NCBI GenBank assembly: GCA_043228905.1
Contig: JBHGNT010000010.1
Coordinates: 6,200,001-6,264,000 of the forward strand
Source: Azolla caroliniana
Taxonomy: Eukaryota > Plantae > Polypodiophyta
Direction of reading: 5' to 3'
Length of the DNA stretch: 64,000 nucleotides
Below the pieces are notes generated by a model. It was not told where the DNA came from and searched no databases. It saw only the letters and a list, made by a program, of their open reading frames with translations. The position numbers and the translations under genes were made by a program. Below, piece by piece: positions 53,330 through 64,000 of this stretch. How positions within the stretch are numbered: the first letter of the stretch is position 1; every line of letters starts with the position of its first letter.

Positions 53330-55840
53330 GTGTGATCATTATGAGGGATGGGTGGTGGTTGTGTGAGAAGAGAGAAAGTAGAAAAACTATGCAAAAAAAT
53401 GGAGAGGAATCCCTAGCCGCTAAAAGTCCCTATCTCATTATGAGACATTTGGGACCAATTATTATTGATAAGTAACTTTTAGGTCATTTTGGCATGTTTA
53501 GACATGGCCAATGACTAAAAGTTGTAAAAATTTCGGCCAAAGATTTAGTAAAAGTGTGTCTAGAAAGCTCTCGAAGGAGCTTTCACATGGAAAGGTCAAA
53601 ATATACTAAAACAAAAGTCTTTAGGGTCTCAATCCCCAACAACCTCCCACTTAAAAGACCAAGGAAGCTCCTTTAAGCTAAGTAACTCCCACCATCTATA
53701 TACGTAGCTAATGTTGTGCCTTGGGTAGACACTTTGTAAGAGCATCTACAGGATAATGTCAAGTATTGACCTTGATCAAAGTGATTAGGCCATCCTCTTT
53801 GATGAAGTGGTATCTCACATCAATATGGTTTGTGCGAGCATGAAACATTGCATTCTTTGCCAAACATATGGCACTTTAGCTATCGCATCCAAACTAGTGC
53901 CAAACTCATTGCACAAGTGGGCTAACCAAATGGCTTCTTTGGAAGCCTTTGTTGCTGAAATATATTCAGCCTCTATAGTTGATAAAGCTACTATCCTTTG
54001 AAGTCTAGATCACTATGAAATAGCTCCACCTACAAGGGTGTGTACATAGCCACTTGTGGACTTGTGTATATACACATAACCAGCCATGTTTGGATCACAA
54101 AATCCTTTTAACTATAATGAACTCTTTCCATAACATAGGCATTAACCTTTAGTCCCTTTCAAATATCTCAAATAGAGTTGATTGCCTCCCAATGAGCTCT
54201 ACTAAGATTAGCCATCGACTTGCTAATAATTCCGATTGCATGAGCAATGGCTGGCCGAGTGGCAACCATTTCATACATATGTGAACCACAAGCTGATGCA
54301 TATGGAATATTCTTCATGTAATTTGTTGCATCATCATCTTTGGATAATTATCCTTGGAAAGCCAACATGTGGTTGCAATGGCACTCCAAGAGGCTTAGCA
54401 TTAGCCACATTAAATTTGTCCAACACGGTCTTTCATTGATAATGTAGAGTTGAGATGGTGTTTTAGAGCATTCAAAGTGCTCTTTTTCTTCCGTATCAAC
54501 AACATATCATCTACATATAGTATGAGAATAATTGGGTTGCTATCTTTGTCCGTTTTATTATGCAAGCAGTGGTTTGCAAGGCTTCTTTTGAACCCATGTT
54601 TGAGCATAAATGCACCAAACTTATTGCCCGGGGCTTGTTTCAATCCATGTAAGCTCCTTTTCAGCTTGCATGCCAAATGCTCTTTTCCGTGAATGACATA
54701 TCCTTTTGGTTGTTTCATGTACAACTCTTCATCTAAATTACCATGCAAAAAGGTTGTTTAAATATCCATTTGGAATAATTCCAAATCCAAGGTGGCTGTG
54801 AGAACAAACAAGAGATGTAGTGTGCTAACCTTACCCATTTGAAAACCTCTTGGAAATGAATGCCCTCTTTTTGGGGATTTCCCTTGACAATCAAGCTTGC
54901 CTTATATTTGGGTTTGCCATCAATAGTTTTGATTTTGTATACCCTCTTGTTTGGAATGGCCTTCGTACAACTTTGGGCAACTCAACCAAATCCCAAGTAT
55001 CATTAGCATCAAACTTGGCCATTTTGGCTCATGTGGCCAAGCCTTTCATGCCATAATTTCATAAGTGAATGGATTTCAGCCAAGGCAATAAACTTGCCAT
55101 CAAAGCTTTACCATGCAAGCAATATAGAGTCCCTTTCTTTGTACCTTTAATAATTAGCCAAGAGCCTTTGATAAGCTTCCATGAACCTTTGTCAAAGATT
55201 GTATTATATCCATGCATATCCATTTGTCTGACAATAAGCTTTTCTTGATGCTTGGTACATACCTTACATCATGCAAAGCCAACTCATTAGTATCATCCAC
55301 TATGAGATGCATTGTGCCAATACCTTCAATAAAACAAGCATGGTTATTTCAAAGATATACATGTCCATGGTTGCTTGCATGAAAGGTAGTAAAACACTCC
55401 TTACTAGGAGTAATATGAAATGATGCACCTAAATCCAAAATCCACGTTTGTGATAAAACATCTTTCAGAGTAAGCAAGACATCAATTACATCGCTCTTTG
55501 TAATCTGCATACCATATGCATGAATATAAATAGAAACATCATTAACTTCAGCACAAAGAATATCTTCTACATCTGATGGCTCCTCAATGATGGCACTACA
55601 AGCCACACTGGTCTTCTCTTTGTCCTTGTCCTTAAAGTTGTTATGTGCTTAATTTCCGGTGTCCTTTGTCTTCTTGTCACGTGTGTTCTTTCTTTTTTTC
55701 TAATTTAGCTTTGTGGTACCTGCAATTAGGGTTCTTATGACTTTTCCTACCACATTGATAACAAATCATTTCAACCTTGCCTTTGCTTTTGCTCCTGTTG
55801 TACATTTTCACTTTCTTATTTGTTCTTCCTCTAGCCACAT
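53330..55840 (-). mobile_element. Internally deleted, decayed Ty1/copia remnant
   Basis: Minus strand: CYQCGRKSHKNPNC knuckle, WILDLGASFHIT protease, HGNLDEELYMKQP/LYVDDML RT, RNase H remnants, PPT AAGTGGGAGG, then an LTR beginning TG at 53641. Integrase is missing and the distal LTR end is approximate. Confidence 0.85.
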
Positions 55841-56130
55841 TGGCTACCAAAATTCTTACAACCATTGGTCAAACATTCTCAAGCTAAATATTGAGAAACA
55901 TTATGTCCTTGATCATTGTTTTACATCAGGCCTGATTGTTTTTGGGTCGTTTTGAGGAAGTGGTTCCAAGTAATACTCACTTAATGGCACTAAGTTGAAT
56001 GAATATTCACAGGTAAAAGCATTTGTACTACTAAATCATTCCCATCATAACATTTACTTGTCCCTATCATAACATTTATTCAAGAATTAGATCATAATTC
56101 TTCTAATAGACATTTTGCACAAGCCACAAA
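55841..56130 (+). pseudogene. Diverged orphan copy of the Dicer last codons and 3' flank
   Basis: GCTACCAAAATTCTTACAACCATTGGTCAAACATTCTCAAGCTAA (ATKILTTIGQTFSS*) versus AAKILMTLSQTFSS*. The downstream ~240 bp aligns with 53087-53310. Confidence 0.85.
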
Positions 56131-57326
56131 ATTGTAGTAAATTATGTTGTACCAATGTGAGCAATTGATAATGGCAATCACTTAGGTGGCAATCCAAACA
56201 TGGGAAATGTGATGATATCTATGACACTTTCTTCTAAATTGATTTGGTCTTGTCATTTCTCCTAGCAAGCGACACTAAATGGACCAAGCGATGTGTATGT
56301 AGAATATCTTATTGATTTTTTTGGTCAAGACCTTTCGTCATGGTAACGTCATGTAAAGTAGCAATAGATCATAATTCTGAATGACAGAAGCTTCACATAC
56401 TAAGCATTTTATGTATAGTTGGGCATTGGTGTTCAGGTGCAATAAACTGGTAGTTAACCATTGACACCCATATAAGGGGTGGGTCATGTACATATGACAT
56501 TCCTGCTATTTTAGCCTCACGTTGACCTCTTTGTCCATGACATCGATGGGAATGCGTTGCAATTTGAACTATTTCACATTGCATTACCATGAACAGAATC
56601 TTCTTCTAATGTGACACTGAAATCATTGCAATAGCATATCCTCCTGACAATTTATGCTCTGAAACCCAATTATCTTTTGAGCTTGTTGGTCTGCAGATTG
56701 CTAAAACTTTCTTAAAACCCACTTCAAAATGCATCTAAAGATAACATCAAGTCCTATAATATAAGCAAATAAGTGATTTATGGCAAAAATAAAAGGCAAA
56801 TGAGCTGCATGAGATGATCATGCATATCATATTTCTGCTGTATTTAACTTTCTGCAATTGTTGCTTAATTATAACTATTTCTTTTATCATTACTTGAGAA
56901 CTCATGAACTATTAGATAAACCATTTAGTTCAACTGTGGAACATAAAGAAGATACTGTGAATACCATAAACCTAATGTTCTAAAACTATTTGAGCTTCAA
57001 AGCTATTTACACGTCTCTGCCAATTGTTACATTACTTTGGGAGTTACATTCGGCACTTTGAATTAAATTACTTCATTAAAAGTTCCCAAAGCTTTTTAAA
57101 AGTTGAATATTACACTTATTTCCACACTTTGATATTATTACATTTGCATATGATTGGCTAATTTCAACATTTTTTGAATATTATTACATTATGCTATGCA
57201 CATAATGTTGTATACTCTTTGAAGCTAGACTACACAAACTTGCGGCATGTCTGTGATATGCTAAAAATATGAAAACAGTGATATACCATTTAACTCAACA
57301 ATTCTCAGATAACAAACAACTTGGAG

Positions 57327-59738
57327 CTACAGGGAAGCTAATCTTACCAAGGATGGTGCCAAAATTTCTATTAGCCCATTGGGGTTATCAACATGCAACC
57401 AATGCCCTGCATTTTCAAGGATATGGTAGGAAATAGTGCCAACATTGGATCGTGGGGTGTTGTTTGCTTGAGCTATCCGTTCTAACTGGGATAGTATTTC
57501 TGGGCACCATCGATCACTCTTTTCAGCTCGAACTATACCGATATCCGTCCCCATTGGCGGTGATTCTAGCAACGGCCAGTAGCAGGTCTCCCTGTAAGAT
57601 ATATCCAGCATGTCAATCACTGAGGGATAAAGCATAATACAAGCTGTAGTACAAATTTGGTAAGCATGTCTTCATGCAAACATGCAAAACATAATCATAT
57701 AGGTAGGTACTTGAATAAACAAAATGCGCGTGCACATAAATAATGCTTATCAAGTTGGCATAGTGTAAGATAAATACTCTATGCGCTTGCAACACGTGAC
57801 CTAGAAAACATGTATGGTATGTCCCTTGATGAATACATGTCGGAAATATCTAATACAATGCACATGCAATTTATAGGGTATAATATGCTTATTATAACTG
57901 GGAACAAGACTACATATAAAATCAATACATGTCAACCACCAGAAACAACAGATAATAGTAACTATGACACACTTTGGAAGAACACCTTCAAACAGCCCAT
58001 GAGCTGAAAGTGTAATATAATGAAGGCGTGTTAGCATAAGATTGGATCATATGCATAGATTGACATATTCGCATTCGTGGGATTTTCCATTCGAATACGC
58101 ATACATTCGTGTGGTCAAGTATTCGTTAAAAAAAAAAGGAAAAAAAGGAGATGAACTCCCTCCTTTTAGTTTCTTAGAAAAAAAAGGGGGACTTGACAAT
58201 AAAAAGGGGATAATAAAATAGGGAGTTGAGAGAGAGACTTGACAGTAATAAATTTTCATTGGAGATCTTGATTCTTTACTAAATAAATAAATAAAATAAA
58301 ATCCTTTTTCGTTTTATTTTTAATAAATAAATAAAATAAAATAAAGGTTCATTAATTCTTCACCTTTTCTTTTCCCAAAATTTATGGATATTTCTACCTG
58401 ACATTAAAATTGAGACTTCACATTAATCATGTTTTCATAGTAAATATAAAAATATTCGTTTTTTATAAATAAAAAATCAATTATTTAAATCAAATAAAGG
58501 TTCATAAACTCTCCTCTTTTTTTATTTGACACTAGAAAGGAGAGTTTATACTAATCATATTTTTATAATTTATTAATGAATAATTGTTCTTTTTTTTAGG
58601 GAATTAAATTGATTTATTTTTAAATTAATTAATTAATTTTTTGTATATTTATTTTACAAAACGAATGGTTTTTAAATATTCTTAGGGCCATTTTGTATTC
58701 TCGAATATTGAGAATATCACGGATGGAGAATATGACGAATCTCACGCATGTGTCAATCTATGATCATATGTTTACTGAGGTCGGAAAAAAAGCTACCTGT
58801 AAGACTGATACATGTCGTAGATCCCACGAACATCAAAAATCCATGTCATTTCTGCAGTGCTTGAGGTGTCGACTCTTTTAAGATTACTTGATAGCCAATC
58901 AGCAAGTGGTTTGGAAAACCCATCCTTAACCAAGTATTCTACCAGCCATCTGCAGCCAGAACAAGACATCCTTACATGAGCTTACAAGCTCAAGCATCTC
59001 TACAAATATGAGGATACAGGCAATTAACTTTCGCATAAAAACAGATAAAAAAATCAACCTGCCTACTCTTTCAAGATCTTAGATGATCTCTGACTTGAAC
59101 AAGCAAACTAGAGATTGACCTGCGTGAAGGTAAAGGGTTCGGAAGATTTTGAATAGTGTTTAGAACACGCTCCACTTCCCCATTTTGTACAATGTTAATC
59201 TTGCCAGGTACCGTATCCAGAACCCACAACTGTTTCACATATCATGTTCATGTGCAAAATATCCAATCACTGACAAATAAAGTGAAATCTCCCCCTTCTA
59301 ATATTGTTCTTGTTAAAATTCGAAATTCAATCCAGATGAAAGATTGCAAAGCAATTCAGAAATATTTCTTCTTTATATTTGTACATGCAAGTACACAGTA
59401 ATCAAGCATGAAGATGATACAATCAGTTAGAGATTTAGAAGACATACTATCTCATTTCCAGTTTTAAATTCAATGAAGATGTTTAAAAGAAAAACCTACC
59501 TGACTTGGAACAACTGCTGAAGACCCATATACCCCATTAGCACAACCTTCTCCAAATTCAAGAGCAACTTTCCCACCTAGAGAGTGTCCCATCACAACAT
59601 TTGGCCATTTTCCCAACTCGGTTTTAATTAACTCTACTATATCTGACGCTGCGGATTGAATATTATGAGGAGGTTTTAAGTGTGCCAAATTAGCTGAGTT
59701 TCCATGATTCCTCAAATCTACAAGAACAAGTTGCCAAC
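57327..59738 (-). CDS. ABHD11-like alpha/beta-hydrolase, 3' part (exons 59500-59738, 59120-59229, 58797-58949, 57327-57591); 5' exon(s) not found in window
   Basis: LVDLRNHGNS, GHSLGGKVAL nucleophile elbow, LWVLDTVPG, LADWLSSNLK, NAGHWLHVDNP catalytic His. GT-AG introns keep the frame. Confidence 0.88.
58054..58762. mobile_element. Non-autonomous hAT-type MITE (709 bp) in hydrolase intron
   Basis: 12-bp perfect TIR CATAGATTGACA/TGTCAATCTATG, 8-bp TSD ATCATATG (58046-58053, 58763-58770), AT-rich interior. Confidence 0.9.
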
Positions 59739-60949
59739 CTGCAAAAGCTCCACCAGACAATCAACATTAAGCATAACTTGATACAGAAACCTCTTGGTTC
59801 GAAGAGTGATCCAGCAGTGTTTTGCTATTCACATTAATACAAACAGAAAATTTACATTTATGCTGAATTTTAGCACACTGTATTCTCAACTCTCTCAAGC
59901 TACTAACATTCAAAAAAAGTCAGCTTTCATGAGTATTAAAGAATTTATGATCAAGAAAACAAAAGTCTCTTTTTTAAGTAGGAGGTAAAACTTTCTATTT
60001 CATCTAATTTTCTCATGGTATAGCTTGATCCCAAGGTTCAAAGGAGGTGGACACAACTCTATAAATGGGAGGTATGTCAGGTGCCCTTCTCAATGATACA
60101 GGTGCAAATCTCCAAATTGTAGAGACTCTATCTTGTTATGGGTTGCAAATCCCTCCAAGTGCATGTGAGCATCCATGTTCAACTAGGGATTGGCAGGTTA
60201 TCATTAAGGAGTGTAAATTGTACTACATGTCTAGACTCTAGAAAAAGTGTATGTTGAATTGATTATGCTCAATCTCAAACCTAAAACAAGACTCGTATGC
60301 AAAGCCATTAAAGAAAGCTAAAATTATGCAGGCATTTAAGAAAGTTAAATTAAATGCTAAACATAATGGATTCAATGATGAAAAGTATAGGTGTATATCT
60401 TGAAGTCTGGAAAAAAGAATTGGAATAGGGTACCCCATAACCATGTTGTGCAGAAGCAAAGAGTAATAATGACAAAAAACAATGAGAGTATTTTTTTAAT
60501 ACGACACAGACAATCCAGAATTATTATTTTTAATTTGTTACTATGGAATGAAAATTTATGTTGGTGATAAATCTACACCTAAGAAACAAAAATTTGAAAA
60601 AGGAAGAACACAAATATACCAACAAACAGATTACATCGTTGGTCACCATATGTTATTTTCCTTTACAATTTGCATAGCCATTTATATTAAGTTCATCAGT
60701 TTACTTACTGTTTACCTTGTTGAATGGAGGTTGATTCATTTACTGTTTGCTTAGCCCTTTAACACTCCCTACCGGAATGAGATAGACGAGGTAAATTATT
60801 GACATGCTTAACTTTGAGTGTAGCTCATAAAATTGTGTGCTAATGTATTTCATATTGTTTATCCAATCAGGCCATATCACATAGCGTGGTTTGGTAATGT
60901 GTATCATGTAAAGCAAAGCTAGTAAAAGATGATGGCCGCAACTAGGTAT

Positions 60950-63900
60950 GAAATGTGTGTGAGAAAAGCTGTTAACCATAGCGGCAGAACAGTTGTTAGA
61001 ACAAAATAGACACAGCCAAGTTGTGAGAAGGCTGTTAGACAGCAGTAGAAAAAATAGTTGCAAAGAGTAGAGACACAACCAAAGAGTAGAGCTTGTTTGT
61101 AAGTAGCAACAAAAGTAAAAGTCTTTACAAAAGAGGCTGGTATAGCCTCTTTATACAAGATTGGGGAAAGTGGGTTAAATGGTTGTTTGGTAGTTAAGTG
61201 ACTCTTATATTAAACAGGTACAATAAACTAGGAATAAGAGGGAATATCTTGGAAAAAGTGGAAGAGAAAAAAGGCATTTAAAGCGTTGCAGATTCTAGAG
61301 AGAGAAGGCATTCAAAGAGTTGTAGATTTTAGAGAGAGAAGAATCTAGGAAGAGAGATAATCAAAGATAATAAAGATGAAAGAGAGTGCATGTCTAGAGT
61401 TGCCACCCCCAACACCTCCTCTCAGCTCCAGAAAAATGGTCCAACATTGAGTCAACCGAGGAGCTGATCAATGAATGGCTTGCCTTAGAAGTGGCTTAGT
61501 AAATAAATCAGCCCCATTTTCTTGAGTAGGACAATATGCCAAGTTGATGACTTGTGATTTCACTAATTCACGAGCAAAATGGTAGTGCACTTCGATATGT
61601 TTTATTCTACCATGAAATGTTGAGCTATGTGCCAAGGCACACGCACTTTGGCTATCGGTGAAAACTGCAATAGGAGAGTCTTGCAAAACACCAATGTGAG
61701 AAAACAATTGCATTAACCATAGCAACTCACAACAAGTATCCACATAGGCACAATATTCAGCTTCGGTCGATGAAGTAGAAACTGAGTTTTGCTTCTTTGA
61801 TTTCCAAGAAATCAAGCTTGAACCTAACATAAAACAATAGCCAGATGTGGACCTTCTAGAATCAATATCACCTGCCCAATCAGCATCTGACTAGGCAACA
61901 AGCGCAATGCCACCTCTAAAAGACAAACCACAGTCGAGTGTGTTGGCCAAATACTGAAGAACTCAAATAGTTGATTGCCAATGACTTTGTCTTGGAGCAC
62001 TTGAGAATTGGCTGAGAATACTCACGCTATAGGACAAACCAAACTTGGTGTAAGTTAAGTGAAGAAAAGACCCAATTAACCTTCTATATTTCGTGATATC
62101 TTCAAATATGGGAGAATTGTCTTCACGAGATAGCTTTGAGTTTGGATCCATTGGACAGGAGAGTGGCCTGCAATTTGGCATGCTATAGGACTCAAGGAAC
62201 TGCCTGAAATACCCATGTTGGCTGAGGAAGATATCACTATGTGATTGATAGAACTCCATACCTATAAAATAATGGAGAAGTCCTAGATCAGTCATTTCAA
62301 AGGTTGTTTTGAGGTTAGTGCGGAGCTCCTCGATTTTAGAAGCAAGGGACCATGTAATTAGAAGGTCATCAACATATAATATGATCAAGCATAACAAATT
62401 ATCTTGGGAAAAAACATAGAGATTGCTATCAGCATAAAAGTTCTGAAAACCCAAGAAAGAGAAAGAATGTATCAATCTTGTCATGCCAAGCTTTGGGAGC
62501 TTGCTTTAAGCAATACAAGGATTTGTGTAACCTGTAGACCATGTTTTTTTGCTTTGAAAAACTCAAAACCTAGAGGTTGTTCAACATAAACCTCCTCTTT
62601 CAAGTCACAATTAAGGAAGGCTGACATGACATCCATTTGAAAGATGGGCCATTTGTTGTGAGCAGCAAGTGCAAATGCACATCGAATAGAGGGGTACCTT
62701 GCTGTTGGAGCAAAACTTTCCTCGTAATCCACTCCTTCGATTTGTGAGTAGCCTTTAGTAACTAAACGTGCCTTGTGCTTATCCAAAGTACCATCAGCAT
62801 GGTACTTGGTCTTGAAAATCCATTTCAGTCCAATGACTTGTCAATGTTGAGGCTGTGGAACCAACTCCCATGTATGATTCCACTCAATGGAATCAAGTTC
62901 AACTTCCATTACTGCTTTCCACTTTGGAAGAACAAGGGCCTCTTTTACGGTTGTGGGTTCTTGTGATTGCACAACAATGCATAGTAAGGCAAAGTTGCAC
63001 AAGTAAAGAGGCCGTTGTGACCTACGTGTTCTTTTCATGTTGGTTGGAGAACCAGATGTATACTCATGAAGCTCAGAATCGAAGAGATGAGAATCACAAA
63101 TGGTGGCTTAAATCAATTGGGAAGTGGTGGAAGCTGGTGTGTAGAGGGAGGGGAAACAAGTGGATTTGAGGGAGAGATTTGAATTGTTGGCAAAATTAGA
63201 GATTAAGTAGGAGGATATGGGGGGCTTGAAGGTGAGACATCTTCGTCTAAAATAGGAGATTCCGGCGAAGTTGGGATTTCAACCGTGAACTCAGGTGAAA
63301 TCCTATCCGGCTGAGACTCCACAAAATGAACATCCCTAGAGATGACTAGGGACTTTGATTCTAAATCCCATAACCTGTCGGCTTTAGATTGTGTGTTGTA
63401 ACCAAGAAATTTGCATTTCTTGGTTTTGGACTCAAATTTAGTCCTTCTATGATCTGAAATGTGAACATATGCATCACAACCAAAGACTTTAAAATGATAA
63501 ACCGAGAGCTTTACACTTGTAAATGCTTCTACAGGGGTCATTGCAGCAGCTGCTTTTGTTGGGCAGCAGTTGATGATGTAGATTGTTGTGTTGACAGCTT
63601 CACCCCAAAACGAGAGAGGAAGATTAGATTGAGATAGCATTGTACAAGCCATCTCTTGGAATGTCCGGTTCTTCCTTTCCACAACTCATTTTGTTGAGGA
63701 GTATTGGGTGTAGAAAATTGGCGAGCAATGCATTGTTGAGAGCAGAAATGGTAGAATGCTTGGGAGATAAACTCTCCACCATTGTCAGACCTGATCTTTC
63801 GAACTTTCTTTGATGTCTCGTTCTCAACAAGAGCTACCCATTCTTGAAATTTGGTGAAGGCTTGAGATTTCTCGACAAGAAAATAAACCCAAACCTTGCG

Positions 63901-64000
63901 GGAGAAATCATCAATTATAAGCATAGTATGAACCATACGTACCATATGTGCATTTGCATTCGCGAATGTTTCAATCATTCACATAAGAGAAACAGCCTCA
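60950..64000 (-). mobile_element. Decayed Ty1/copia element (integrase-RT-RNase H, PPT, 3' LTR), continuing past the window
   Basis: IDDFSRKVWVY/SDNGGEF integrase, [33 protein letters not shown] RNase H, with frameshifts and stops. PPT GAGAGGAGG, then LTR TGTTG starting at 61414; the distal LTR end is approximate. Confidence 0.9.

Overview
This is land-plant nuclear DNA: it has spliceosomal introns, SSRs, LTR retrotransposons and a plastid insertion. A seed-free vascular plant such as a fern is only a guess. 1-15 kb is a three-layer retrotransposon nest. A Ty1/copia element (5' LTR outside the window) and a complete chromovirus-type Ty3/gypsy element (465-bp TG...TA LTRs, CATTG TSD, partially duplicated 3' LTR) both sit inside a decayed ~818-codon coiled-coil ORF. 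That ORF ends exactly at the PPT/LTR of an older host element. Next come a LINE remnant, a 111-nt near-perfect hairpin and a 5-exon CUE-domain gene (+). The ER chaperones GRP94/HSP90 (-, ~17 exons) and BiP (+, 8 exons) are head-to-head, ~2.3 kb apart, with mirror-oriented bZIP/UPR-type motifs. After them lie a hAT MITE, a rpoB/rpoC1 plastid fragment mosaic, and an intact, intronless ~1804-aa DCL3-like Dicer. The Dicer's last ~100 coding bases are repeated four times in tandem, and a diverged orphan copy of its 3' end lies beyond a copia remnant. The window ends in the 3' part of an ABHD11-like alpha/beta-hydrolase gene (-) with a hAT MITE and a copia element in its introns. All calls were made by eye; no searches were run.
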